A DNA stretch of 64,000 bases from an uncultured Solirubrobacterales bacterium. Lineage in GTDB: Bacteria; Actinomycetota; Thermoleophilia; Solirubrobacterales; Solirubrobacteraceae. The stretch is taken from assembly GCA_963744245.1 (NCBI GenBank), contig CAVUST010000002.1, forward strand, positions 5,891-69,890, given 5' to 3'. A model generated the notes under the pieces. It was not told the origin of the DNA. It did no database searches and worked only from the letters and a program-made list of their open reading frames with translations. Shown piece after piece: positions 37,080 to 46,619 of this stretch (its first letter is position 1; every line of letters begins with the position of its first letter). The translations under genes and the position numbers were made by a program.

Positions 37080-39791
37080 CTACTTGACGACGAGGTTCAC
37101 CAACTTGCCCGGCACGACTATCTCCTTGACGATCTCCTTGCCGTCCACGTGCGCGCGCACGTTCGGGGCGGCGTGGCAGAGCGCCTTGAGCTCGTCCGGG
37201 CTCGCGTCCGAGGCGGCCTGCACGCGGTCGCGCAGCCGGCCGTTGACCTGACACACGAGCTCGTAAGTGTCGCGCTCGAGCATCTCCTCCTCCGCCCGCG
37301 GCCACGGCTGCTCCCACACGCGCTCACCGGTCAGCATCTCGTAGACCTCCGCGCTGACATGCGGCGCGAATCCGAACAGCAGCGAAGCGGCCGTCGCGAG
37401 CGCGAAGCGCTGGCTGTCAACGCTCACCTCCTCGCGCAGGCGCGAGCACTCGTTCAACAGCTCCATCACCGCGGCGATCGCCGTGTTGAACGCGAACCTG
37501 CGCAGATCTCCACTGACCTTGTCGATCGCCCAGTGGGACTTACGCAGGAGGGTGAGGTCGGGGTCATCGCCGCCCGTTGTGCCGCCCGAATGCGCCCGTG
37601 AGGCCGGTGTACCGGTCGGCGCATCCTCAGGAGCGGGCGGGTCCGCATGCTCTTGAAAAGCTGATGTTGTTCGGGGTGGCGCATGCGCCACCCCGCCGGG
37701 CGGCACATGTGCCGCCCGGGGCAGGGTCGCATGCGACCCTGCCGGAGGAGCCGCATGCGGCTCCTCCCTCCCCCTCTCCGAGACCTCGGCCGCCAACCGC
37801 CACAGCCGGCTCAGGAACCGGTGCACGCCCTCCATGCCCTCGTCCGACCAGTCGGCGTCCTGGTCGGGCGGGCCGATGAACAGGATGTAGCAGCGCGCCG
37901 TGTCCGCGCCGTAGCGCTCGACGATCGACGCGGGCGAGACGACGTTGCCGCGAGACTTGCTCATCTTCGCGCCGTCCTTCGTGATCATCCCCTGCGTGAA
38001 CAGCGCCCGGAAGGGCTCCTGGAAGTCGAGGTGGCCGAGGTCCGCGAGCGCCTTGCAGAAGAAGCGCGCGTACATCAGGTGCAGGATCGCGTGCTCGACC
38101 CCGCCGATGTACTGATCGACGGGCATCCACTCTCCCAGCACCGCCTCCTCCCAGGCGGCCTTCTCGTTGGCGGCGTCGCAGTAGCGCAGGAAGTACCAGG
38201 AGGAGTCCACGAACGTGTCCATCGTGTCCGTCTCCCGGCGGGCCGGGCCCTTGCACTCGGGGCAGCTCGTCTGCACCCACTCCTCGGCGGCCGCCAGCGG
38301 CGAGCGTCCCCGCGGCGCGTAGTCCTCGACGTCCGGCAGCTTCACCGGGAGATCCTGCTCGGGCACCGGCACCGCCCCGCAGCCCTCGCAGTAGACAATC
38401 GGGATCGGCGTGCCCCAGTAGCGCTGGCGGGAGATCAGCCAGTCGCGCAGCCGGTAGTTGACCGAGGCGTGCCCCTTGCCCTCGCGGTCCAGCCAGCGCA
38501 CGATCTCGCCCAGCGCCTTGCGGTTGCGTATGCCGTCGAAGTCGGGGTGCGAGTCGACCAGCAGGCCATCGCCCGTGTAGGGCAGGCTCTGAGCGGAGAA
38601 CTCCCAAATGTGGGGGTCGGGCACGAAGTCGCGAGGCGCCTCGCCGTCGGCGCCCATGATCACGCGCCTGATCGGCAGCTCGAAGGCGCGCGCGAACGCG
38701 TAGTCGCGCTCGTCGTGCCCCGGCACCGCCATGATCGCGCCCGTGCCGTACTCCATCAGCACATAGTCGGCGACATACATCGGGATCTGCTCGCCGTTCA
38801 CCGGATTGGTGACCGTCCGTCCCAGCGCCACGCCCGTCTTGGGCTTCTCAGCGTTCCCGCGCTCCTCGCCGGACTCGGTGATCGCATGGCTGACGTACTC
38901 GCGCACTTCCTGCTCGCGCTCGGTGTGAGCGACGAGGCGCAGCACGTCCGGGTGCTCGGGAGCCATCACGAAGAACGTCGCGCCGAACAGCGTGTCCGGG
39001 CGGGTGGTGAACACGGGGTAGTCGATGCCGAGCTCCTCGCAGCGGAACGTCACCTCCGCCCCCTCGCTGCGCCCGATCCAATTTCGCTGCATGGTCTTCA
39101 CGTGCTCGGGCCACTCGATCTGATCGAGATCGTTCAGCAGGCGCTCGGCATAGTCGGTGATGCGCAGGAACCACTGCTCCAGCTGCCTCACTTCGACCGT
39201 CGCGCCGCAGCGCTCGCACGTCCCGTCGGGTGAGACCTGCTCGTTGGCGAGCACCGTCTGGTCTTTCGGACACCACTTCACCGCCGCCTCCTTGCGGTAT
39301 GCGAGCCCGGCGTCGAACAGCTGCAGGAAGATCCACTGCGTCCAGCGGTAGTAGCTCGGTTCGTGCGTGGCCAGCTCGCGCGACCAGTCGATCGAGATGC
39401 CCCACTCGCGAAACTGGCGCTGGAAGGAGGCGATCGAGGCGTCCGTGGACGCACGGGGGTGGACGCCCGTCTTGATCGCATGGTTCTCCGCCGGCAGCCC
39501 GAACGAGTCGTAGCCCATCGGGTGCAGCACGCGCCGGCCGAGGCGGCGGTGGTAGTGGGCGATCGCGTCTCCCACCGAATAGACCTTCAGGTGGCCGATG
39601 TGCGGCTCGCCGCTCGGGTAGGGCAGCATCTCCAGCACGTAGGAATTGGTCTGCTCGCCGACATCGCTGCTCGTGCCCCGGCCCTGCTGGGGCTTCGCGC
39701 CCTCGTTGGCGACCTCCCAGGTGCGCTCGTCGGCCCACACCGCCTGCCAGCGGGGCTCGATCTGCTGCGGGTCGTAGCGGTTCTCTGTCAT
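37080..39791 (-). CDS. leuS: Leucine--tRNA ligase with an in-frame palindromic insert
   Basis: [13 protein letters not shown] (HIGH), [11 protein letters not shown] and KMSKS. Confidence 0.98.
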   Translation of the reverse strand: MTENRYDPQQIEPRWQAVWADERTWEVANEGAKPQQGRGTSSDVGEQTNSYVLEMLPYPSGEPHIGHLKVYSVGDAIAHYHRRLGRRVLHPMGYDSFGLPAENHAIKTGVHPRASTDASIASFQRQFREWGISIDWSRELATHEPSYYRWTQWIFLQLFDAGLAYRKEAAVKWCPKDQTVLANEQVSPDGTCERCGATVEVRQLEQWFLRITDYAERLLNDLDQIEWPEHVKTMQRNWIGRSEGAEVTFRCEELGIDYPVFTTRPDTLFGATFFVMAPEHPDVLRLVAHTEREQEVREYVSHAITESGEERGNAEKPKTGVALGRTVTNPVNGEQIPMYVADYVLMEYGTGAIMAVPGHDERDYAFARAFELPIRRVIMGADGEAPRDFVPDPHIWEFSAQSLPYTGDGLLVDSHPDFDGIRNRKALGEIVRWLDREGKGHASVNYRLRDWLISRQRYWGTPIPIVYCEGCGAVPVPEQDLPVKLPDVEDYAPRGRSPLAAAEEWVQTSCPECKGPARRETDTMDTFVDSSWYFLRYCDAANEKAAWEEAVLGEWMPVDQYIGGVEHAILHLMYARFFCKALADLGHLDFQEPFRALFTQGMITKDGAKMSKSRGNVVSPASIVERYGADTARCYILFIGPPDQDADWSDEGMEGVHRFLSRLWRLAAEVSERGREEPHAAPPAGSHATLPRAAHVPPGGVAHAPPRTTSAFQEHADPPAPEDAPTGTPASRAHSGGTTGGDDPDLTLLRKSHWAIDKVSGDLRRFAFNTAIAAVMELLNECSRLREEVSVDSQRFALATAASLLFGFAPHVSAEVYEMLTGERVWEQPWPRAEEEMLERDTYELVCQVNGRLRDRVQAASDASPDELKALCHAAPNVRAHVDGKEIVKEIVVPGKLVNLVVK
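37672..37767. repeat. Four abutting perfect 24-bp palindromes centred on RCATGY
   Basis: Units at 37672-37695, 37696-37719, 37720-37743 and 37744-37767, each checked base by base. Confidence 0.97.
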
Positions 39792-39922
39792 CCCGTCGGA
39801 GGTTATCGGTCGCTTCGGGGATGGCTCATTCCCCGCGTGCGCGCCGCGATGACCTCCCTGTCGACACGATCAGCGAGCGACCGATCGACCGCGAGCGCTC
39901 GTCGCCGACGCGACCTCCGAGA

Positions 39923-40594
39923 TCAGCGACCGCCGAAGATGCGCAGCAGGGTGAGGAAGACGTTGATGACGTTGATGAACACGCCCGTCGCGATCCAGAT
40001 CACGTCGCGCTCGGTCGCCCGGCGGCGGATGATCTGAAAGTAGATCGCCAGGTACGCGCTCACGATCACGTAGATCGCGAGGTTCAGCAGGAAGCTTTCG
40101 CCCGAGCCGATCAGGATCAGCACGATCGCGAGCCCGAACACGCCGAGCAGCGCGAAGAACAGCGGCCGCATCCAGCGGATCAGATCGCGCGAGGTCGCAA
40201 AGCCGTAGGAGCCCATCACCCCGACCGTCAGCGCGGTGCCGCCCGCGGCCTGGTAGATGGCGCTCTGATCGACCGTCGCGTACTCGTTGATCACCGGCCC
40301 CAGGCCGAGCCCGAGCAGCAGCGCGAGCCCGAACATCCACGTCATTCCCGTCGACCCCTCCCGCAGCCTCGGCACGAACATCTGCACGATCAGCATCCCG
40401 AGCGCTCCGAGCTCGAGGACCAGCCCGGTGCCGTAGCTCAGATCGCGCCCGATGTAGGTCCCTACCGCGAAGAACGCAAGCGCCACGGCGACCAGGAACA
40501 TGACCTGGCCGAGCAGCAGCGACGCCGTGCTCGCGCGCGTACCGGCGTGTGAGGTGAATATGCCGAGTTCCCCGCCGGATGACTCCACTGTCAT
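39923..40594 (-). CDS. Bax inhibitor-1/YccA family membrane protein
   Basis: Seven TM segments; ATGVFINVINVFLTLLRIFG C-terminus. Confidence 0.85.
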   Translation of the reverse strand: MTVESSGGELGIFTSHAGTRASTASLLLGQVMFLVAVALAFFAVGTYIGRDLSYGTGLVLELGALGMLIVQMFVPRLREGSTGMTWMFGLALLLGLGLGPVINEYATVDQSAIYQAAGGTALTVGVMGSYGFATSRDLIRWMRPLFFALLGVFGLAIVLILIGSGESFLLNLAIYVIVSAYLAIYFQIIRRRATERDVIWIATGVFINVINVFLTLLRIFGGR

Positions 40595-40689
40595 GCCCCC
40601 TGGATCCGAGTGACTTGTCGGGCCTCACGGTAGCGAAGACGGCAGATCCGGCGGGCCCGCGGGACCCGAGCGCGGCAACGGGTCGCGCG

Positions 40690-41697
40690 TCAGGCCGCTG
40701 CTGCGCCGACCGGGTGATAGCGGCGGCGGTACTCGGCCGGGGCCACGCCCAGCGCACGCAGGAACGTGCGGCGCATCGTCTCCGGCGTGCCGAACCCGCA
40801 GGCCGCCGCGACGGTGGCGATCGGCTGTGAGGTGTCCTCCAGCTCGCGCCGCGCCGCCTCCAGGCGCACACGCTCGACGTAGCGCCCGGGCGTGACCCCC
40901 GTCTCGGCCGCGAACGCGCGCGCGAAGTTGCGCGAGCTCATGTGTGCCCGCTCGGCCAGCGCTTGCACGGTCAGGTCGTCGGACAGGTTCTCCACGACAA
41001 AGCGCTGCACCTCTCGCAGCGGCTCGCGCTCGGGCTGCTGCGCCGCGAGGGTCGCGCTGAACTGCGACTGGTTGCCGGGCCGGCGCAGGAACAGCACGAG
41101 GTGGCGCGCGATCGTCAGCGCGGCCTCGCGGTCGAGGTCCTCCTCGACCATCGCCAGCGCCAGGTCCATGCCGGCGGTCACACCGGCCGAGGTCCACACC
41201 GGGCCGTCGTGCACGTAGATCGCCTCGGGATCGACCTGCACCGTCGGGTAGCGCTCGGCGAGTTTTGCCGCGGACGCCCAGTGCGTGGTCGCACGACGCC
41301 CGTCCAGCAGACCGGCAGCCGCCAGCACGAACGCACCCGTGCACACCGACGTCACGCGACGCGTCCTCGACGCCACCGCCCTGACCCAGTCGAGCGTGGC
41401 CTCGTCTGCACTTGCCGCTGCCGAACCGGCGCCGCCGGGGACGAGCAGCGTGTCGATCCGCTTGGGCGCACCCGCGAGACTCGTGTCGGGGACGATCCGC
41501 AGGCCACTGGAGGTCGTGATCGGCGCACCGTCGAGACTGGCCACGGTGATGCGGTAGCCGGGCTCTGCGCGTCCGGTGCGCTCAATCAGCTTGTGCGCGC
41601 CGGCGAACACCTCCTGCGGGCCGACGAAGTCGAGGCTCTGCACGTTCGGGAACACGACGATGACGACGTTCTTGGGGCTCTGCGCTGGGTTTGTCAT
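40690..41697 (-). CDS. GlxA-family (DJ-1/AraC) transcriptional regulator
   Basis: SVCTGAF, RATTHW, WTSAGVTAGMDLAL and RRPGNQSQFS. Confidence 0.93.
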   Translation of the reverse strand: MTNPAQSPKNVVIVVFPNVQSLDFVGPQEVFAGAHKLIERTGRAEPGYRITVASLDGAPITTSSGLRIVPDTSLAGAPKRIDTLLVPGGAGSAAASADEATLDWVRAVASRTRRVTSVCTGAFVLAAAGLLDGRRATTHWASAAKLAERYPTVQVDPEAIYVHDGPVWTSAGVTAGMDLALAMVEEDLDREAALTIARHLVLFLRRPGNQSQFSATLAAQQPEREPLREVQRFVVENLSDDLTVQALAERAHMSSRNFARAFAAETGVTPGRYVERVRLEAARRELEDTSQPIATVAAACGFGTPETMRRTFLRALGVAPAEYRRRYHPVGAAAA

Positions 41698-41821
41698 GGC
41701 TCCCATCATGACTCAGTCAAACTCTGTCCGCGAGGACATATTTCAAACAATCTCTGCCATGCTCTGCCGGGATGCGAGCGCTGCCGTGACGGCCGGTGAC
41801 GCTCGGGTCTAGGATTGCCAG

Positions 41822-42736
41822 GTGGACTCCTCCGATGCCCCGCACACCGCTTCCGAGCACGTAGCGAGCATCATCGAAGCGGCCGAACGGACGGCCGCGG
41901 AGCTGCGCGAGCAGGCCGAGTCCCGCGCGCGCGAGCGCATCGCCGAGGCCGACCGCGCCGCCGAGCACCGCGTGCGGGCGGCCGAGGAGGAGGCCCAGGA
42001 GATCCTGCACACCACACGTTCCCAGGCGGAGACCGCTCGCAACGAGGCGCTCGCGTCGGTCGCGGAGATCCACGGCGAGGCCGACGAGCGACTGCGCGAG
42101 GGACAGCGGGCCCTGGAGCAGGCGCGCGAGGAGGCCGCGCAGATCGCGGCTGCCGCGCGCGAGGAGGCCGAGCAGACACAGACGACGGGCCGCGCACAAG
42201 CAGAGGAGGTGCTGGCCGCGGCCCACGAGCAGGGGAACCAGACGACCGCCACGGCACAGGAGCAGGCCGCGCGCCTGCTCGAGAACGCGCAGGCCGAGTC
42301 CGAGCAAGCCCTGGCTGCAGCGCGCGAGGAGGCCGGCGGCATCATCGACAGCGCACACCAAGAGGCCGAGCGGCTGAGCGCCACCGCCGAGGAGCAGCTC
42401 ACGGGTCGCCAAGCCGAGGCGCACAGCCGAGCCCAGGACATTCGCGCGGTCGCGCGCGCCGAGGCCCGCGAGATCGTCAGCGAGGCCCACGCCGTCGCCC
42501 ATGACGTCGTGCGCGAGGGAACCGAGGTCTCTCGCAACCTGCGCGAGCTCTCCTCCTCGCTGCGCAACAACGCCGAGCGCCTGCTGCGCGACGTGCGGCT
42601 CACGCACGGGAGCATGACCGCACGCCTTGATCAGGTCGGGCCTGGAGCCGAGCCGGGTCGCCGGCGATCGGGCGGGCGACGGACCGACGAACCGGGCGAG
42701 GACCTTGACGTTCCGGAGTTCATCCCACGCGGGTGA
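41822..42736 (+). CDS. Coiled-coil DivIVA/Scy-like protein
   Basis: Long A/E/R-rich heptad region; LDVPEFIP C-terminus. Confidence 0.7.
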   Translation: MDSSDAPHTASEHVASIIEAAERTAAELREQAESRARERIAEADRAAEHRVRAAEEEAQEILHTTRSQAETARNEALASVAEIHGEADERLREGQRALEQAREEAAQIAAAAREEAEQTQTTGRAQAEEVLAAAHEQGNQTTATAQEQAARLLENAQAESEQALAAAREEAGGIIDSAHQEAERLSATAEEQLTGRQAEAHSRAQDIRAVARAEAREIVSEAHAVAHDVVREGTEVSRNLRELSSSLRNNAERLLRDVRLTHGSMTARLDQVGPGAEPGRRRSGGRRTDEPGEDLDVPEFIPRG

Positions 42737-42829
42737 GACAGGCCGATCCGCCGAGTGCGCGGCTCGAGTCGTAGTCGCCGATCGCAAACCGTCGACCGAC
42801 CGATAGCGTTGTACGATGTCCTGGCACAG

Positions 42830-42902
42830 GGGGCTATAGCTCAGCTGGGAGAGCGCTACCGTGGCACGGTAGAGGTCGTCGGTTCGAGCCCGACTAGCTC
42901 CA
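42830..42902 (+). tRNA. tRNA-Ala(GGC)
   Basis: GGGGCTATAGCTCAGCTGGGAGAGCG..CTACC-GTGGCAC-GGTAG..GGTTCGAGCCC..TAGCTCCA. Confidence 0.96.
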
Positions 42903-42927
42903 TTCTGGGGAGGAAAGCGGCGCTAAT

Positions 42928-44451
42928 GAGGCTGTTGCGCAAAGGTCGTCGTGAGGCGGCCTTTGTCGTTTGGTGGGGATCGGGACGAGTCGTGTCGAGA
43001 GCGGTACTCCCGATCAGTGCCGGAAACGTGCCGGCTCAGGCGGCTGAGGGGCCGATCCCGGTGCGATAGAGCTTGAGGAGGTTGTGAGTGGCTGCGATCA
43101 GGCGCCATTCGGCGCGGCAGGCGGCTAACCCGCGTCGGTGGAACCTGGTGATCCCTCGGTTGAACTTGGTGTTGGCGAACACGGGCTCGATCATTTGTTG
43201 TCGGCGCCGGTAGAGCGCCTTCCCGTCTGGGGTATCGAGCAGCCTGTCGATCCGTTCGGCCTCGGGTCCCTGCTTCGGTGACAGCTTCCGCGGTTTCGTT
43301 CGATGGGAGGCGCTTGTCGGGACGATCACGTTGATGGCGTCCTGTCCGAGCGCGGCGATCTGCGGTGAGTTCCAGTAGCCGCCGTCCGCGAGCACCGTCC
43401 CAACCGCCCGATCAACACCCGCGGCCACAACGGTCGTGAGCGCTTGTCGGATCATCGGTTCCAGTTGCCCACCATCGCTTGAGTCCTGAGTGATGTCGGC
43501 AGCAACGATGATCTGGCCGGTCGTCGCGACAGCCTGGGCGTTATAGCCCTGGACGGGGGCTCGTCCTCTGCGGGCGATCAGCCGCGAGTCCGGATCGGTC
43601 GTATTGATCGACGCCGACTCAAGCGCCGCCGGGTCGGGCGGGAACGGCTTGCGTCCGCCGAGCTTGCGGCCATGTTCCGCCTCCCACTCAGCACGACGTC
43701 GCAAGTGCTCTTGGTGGGCCTGCTCAGCACGAGCCTGCTCGGCCTCGAGCTCCTCGCGGCAACGACGCAACCGAGCAAGCCTGGAGCGACGGTCGCTCAG
43801 CTCGGCCGGCATCTCGTCACCGCGGGCCTCACCGAACTGCTCGTCTTCGCGTGCGTCCGTTTCGGCAGCCTCACCAAGGATCCGGTCGACCTCTTCCCGG
43901 ATAGACGCGTGCGTCCGCGTCGACGCCCACGCCGCATTCGCCGCGATCGCGGTGCCATCCACCGCCAGCAGCCCAACCGACACCAAGCCAGCCCGCCCAC
44001 ACAACTCGAGCACCTGCGTAAAGATCTGCGCAAGCGCCGTCTGATGACGCGCGCGGAACCGCGCGATCGTGGTGTGATCCGGCGCTCGATTAGCGCAAAT
44101 CACCCTGCTCGGAACGTCCTCCCGACAACGCCGCTCGATCGCCCTGGAGGACCGCTCGCCCACGGCATAGCTATAGAGCAACAACGCGACCATCATCGCC
44201 GGATCGTGCGCCGCGCGACCGTGCCCGTCAGCCCGATAAGCACCATAGAACCCGGCGAGATCAAGCGTCTCGACGGCGTCCAACACGAACCACGCGACAT
44301 GGCCCTCATCCAGCCAGTCCCGCAAGCTGGGCGGCAACAACAGCTCCTGCTCCCGATCACACAACAAGAAGTTCTGAGCCATACCCAAGAAGTCTTAACC
44401 CCGCCCCGGACGCAACAAACCCCGCTTACACGGGGTTTGCGCAACAGCCTC
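42928..44451 (-). mobile_element. IS1182-family insertion sequence
   Basis: 16-bp IR GAGGCTGTTGCGCAAA / TTTGCGCAACAGCCTC; TAAT TSD at 42924-42927 and 44452-44455. Confidence 0.93.
43036..44382 (-). CDS. IS1182-family transposase
   Basis: HDPAMMVALLLY, PDHTTIARFR, AVDGT, TTDPDSR, GYNAQ, LADGGY and IEPVFANTK. Confidence 0.95.
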   Translation of the reverse strand: MAQNFLLCDREQELLLPPSLRDWLDEGHVAWFVLDAVETLDLAGFYGAYRADGHGRAAHDPAMMVALLLYSYAVGERSSRAIERRCREDVPSRVICANRAPDHTTIARFRARHQTALAQIFTQVLELCGRAGLVSVGLLAVDGTAIAANAAWASTRTHASIREEVDRILGEAAETDAREDEQFGEARGDEMPAELSDRRSRLARLRRCREELEAEQARAEQAHQEHLRRRAEWEAEHGRKLGGRKPFPPDPAALESASINTTDPDSRLIARRGRAPVQGYNAQAVATTGQIIVAADITQDSSDGGQLEPMIRQALTTVVAAGVDRAVGTVLADGGYWNSPQIAALGQDAINVIVPTSASHRTKPRKLSPKQGPEAERIDRLLDTPDGKALYRRRQQMIEPVFANTKFNRGITRFHRRGLAACRAEWRLIAATHNLLKLYRTGIGPSAA

Positions 44452-44558
44452 TAATCGAACCCATTTGGGTCGCTGCATGTGGGCTGCCGCAGGCGCGTTC
44501 AGTTCACTGGGGCCTCACGGCGCGCTCCAGCGTCGCCGAGTTGCCACGGCAAACCCAT

Positions 44559-45164
44559 TCACTCCGCATACCAACCCGATATCTGCAAGTACAGGCCGGC
44601 GGGCGCGTTGGAAGGCGACCACGGCCTCGCCAAGGAAACCCTGACCAGCGTCTTCGGCTCGATTCGGTTCACGGGATCGGCAACGCCAACATAACGAATC
44701 CGTCGCCGCCCACCGTCGGCGCGAAACACATATCTACTGTCACCGTCGAACTCCAAGGTCTCGTCTGGGAGCCAGTAGCCGGTACTACAGGATGGGAACG
44801 GCCCCTCGATTGGCACGTAACCCGTACCGCTGTCGGTCCGTCGCAGCGTGCCCTCGAACGGTACTCCCGCCCATGCGCTGACCCTCGTGCGCAGGAACGT
44901 ACCGAGCGGCTTGATGGTATCCACGTGCCGCGCCCCGTGGAGATCCACATAAACGTCCTCCACGTGCGGCGGGTGAGCGTGTGGGACTACTTGGTAGCCG
45001 AGTTCCCATACTTGCCCGATCTCGAATCTTGTGTCAGCTGGCATGTTGGTGCCGTCTGGGAGCAGCAGACGTAGGCTGCGCATGCCCTCATCGAGGTCGT
45101 GGCCGCCAACGCAGACGTGGTCGCCGCGCATGCGGGTCTTTGATACCACGAGGACCCGGCTCAC
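44559..45164 (-). CDS. Putative dual OB-fold domain protein
   Basis: VLVVSKTRM.G..VCVGG..and YLQISGWY; beta-rich; coupled to DUF488 genes. Confidence 0.6.
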   Translation of the reverse strand: MSRVLVVSKTRMRGDHVCVGGHDLDEGMRSLRLLLPDGTNMPADTRFEIGQVWELGYQVVPHAHPPHVEDVYVDLHGARHVDTIKPLGTFLRTRVSAWAGVPFEGTLRRTDSGTGYVPIEGPFPSCSTGYWLPDETLEFDGDSRYVFRADGGRRRIRYVGVADPVNRIEPKTLVRVSLARPWSPSNAPAGLYLQISGWYAE

Positions 45165-45646
45165 GGCATCAGATGCTCGACCGGCACGCCGTGATCAGCG
45201 GCGAGGCGTTCGGCGATCAGGCTGCGGTGGCACGCTCGCGGATCGCGCTCAACGCACAGCAGTGCGGCGATGATGGAATCGTCGAAGCCGGCCAGCAGGC
45301 CCTTCAGGTCTGCCGGCTCCAGGATTCGCTCGACATAGGCGCGCTTGAAGTCATCGCTGAGTTCAGTCCGCGTGCGCTTGCCCTCCCCAGCAGCCGCGTC
45401 GGCTGCGTACTGCCCTGCTCGAATCTCCGATGTCGGCGCGAGTTCCTTGAGGTGCTCGTAGGCGATGCCATGGTCGGTCAGGGCTTGCTGGAGGCGCCTC
45501 GAGTTCGCCCACGCGTACTCAGACCCCCGCACGCCCCGGCGCTGACGCACGTCGAGTAGCACATCCACTTCGGCCCGGTCGAGCGCCGCCAGGAACTGCT
45601 CGGCAGTGAACCCGTATGCACCAACGGTCACCAGTCGCCCCACCAT
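45161..45646 (-). CDS. DUF488 family protein
   Basis: TVGAYG, LLDVRQ, YEHLKELAP and LLCVERDPRACHRSLIA. Confidence 0.88.
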   Translation of the reverse strand: MVGRLVTVGAYGFTAEQFLAALDRAEVDVLLDVRQRRGVRGSEYAWANSRRLQQALTDHGIAYEHLKELAPTSEIRAGQYAADAAAGEGKRTRTELSDDFKRAYVERILEPADLKGLLAGFDDSIIAALLCVERDPRACHRSLIAERLAADHGVPVEHLMP

Positions 45647-45651
45647 GGCGT

Positions 45652-46209
45652 TCAGAAGGCCGCGATGGCGCGCCGTGAGCGCGTGGCCTCACTCGACCCA
45701 CCGAGCAGGCTCATCTGCGCGTCATGTAGGCGCTCCATCACCGCGCTATGGCTCCTCAGCGATCCGTCCGCGTCGATGTGCTCGACCGGCACGCCCATCT
45801 CCGACATGGCCTCAGCGATCAGCTTGGTGCGATGGCAATGCTCCGGGCGCAACTCGCTGCAGAAGATCGCCGCCCCCGCCTCCTGCTCGAAGGCGGACCG
45901 CAACCGCTCGAACCCGCACCTGAAGTCGGGGTGCTCACGGCATGCGGTGTAGTCGACGTGCCCGGCCTCGTCGTAGCAGGATTCGTCACCGGGCCTGCCG
46001 CCCAGCGTGTCGCCCATGAACACATAATGGATCCCCGCCTTCTCGATAGCGCTCGCCAGGTTGGCCCTCGAGAAGGCCGGATTGAACCGCGAGTACGGAG
46101 CTGAGCGGACATCGATCAGGTACCGCACCCCGTGCGCGCGGAGCAGCGCGAGCACATCGTTCAGCGTGCGGTTGCCGTAGCCAACGGTGAGCAGGGACCG
46201 GGGCACCAT
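45652..46209 (-). CDS. DUF488 family protein
   Basis: TVGYGNRT, LIDVRSAPYSR, LGGRP and FCSELRPEHCHRTKLIA. Confidence 0.88.
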   Translation of the reverse strand: MVPRSLLTVGYGNRTLNDVLALLRAHGVRYLIDVRSAPYSRFNPAFSRANLASAIEKAGIHYVFMGDTLGGRPGDESCYDEAGHVDYTACREHPDFRCGFERLRSAFEQEAGAAIFCSELRPEHCHRTKLIAEAMSEMGVPVEHIDADGSLRSHSAVMERLHDAQMSLLGGSSEATRSRRAIAAF

Positions 46210-46274
46210 GCAACGGTACCGCGCGCCCCGGACCTACTCCCGATGCTCATGGCCACCATTGACGCTCCGCTGAT

Positions 46275-46619
46275 TCAACGGGCCGCCAGCACGTACCGCC
46301 CCCTCGCCACTCGCACGAGGCGAGGCGAAGCACCCGAGACGTTGCCGGCGAGGGCAGCCTTGACCGAAGCCCAACGCACCGGCTCCCCCAGCGACGCCTC
46401 AACGGCTGCATGGATGTCTTTGGCTCGCATCGGCTCGTCCCGATCGGCCAGCACTTGTACGACCGCTTTCAGCACCCAGCCTGGCCAGCGAGGTCGCTGC
46501 CGGCACGCCACAACCGCCCGTCGAGGGCCGCCGCTGGCCCGCACGGCGGCCAGTTTCTTCGCCGCACGGCGCAAGGACCCCTGTAGCTCGTGGTTCGATA
46601 GAACTCCGACTAGCTCCAT
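46275..46619 (-). CDS. Winged-helix protein whose start codon lies in the attR repeat
   Basis: ATG GAG CTA GTC GGA read from the attR reverse strand; VVQVLA..EPMRAKDIHAAVE..RVARGRY. Confidence 0.65.
   Translation of the reverse strand: MELVGVLSNHELQGSLRRAAKKLAAVRASGGPRRAVVACRQRPRWPGWVLKAVVQVLADRDEPMRAKDIHAAVEASLGEPVRWASVKAALAGNVSGASPRLVRVARGRYVLAAR

Noticed and set aside
37672-37767. CRISPR or simple VNTR interpretation of the leuS palindromes
   Set aside because: There is no constant repeat with separate spacers. The units differ from one another yet each is perfectly symmetric, which slippage alone would not produce.
24099-39233. Long antisense or alternate-frame ORFs (e.g. 24099-25847, 30324-32249, 37683-39233; also 49200-51149, 59362-61227, 62424-63935)
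   Set aside because: These are Arg/Pro/Ala-rich shadow ORFs expected opposite real genes in high-GC DNA, with no family motifs.
44417-44438. AAACCCC-N8-GGGGTTT hairpin as an independent terminator
   Set aside because: It lies within the IS1182 end, upstream of its transposase, and is treated as part of the IS.
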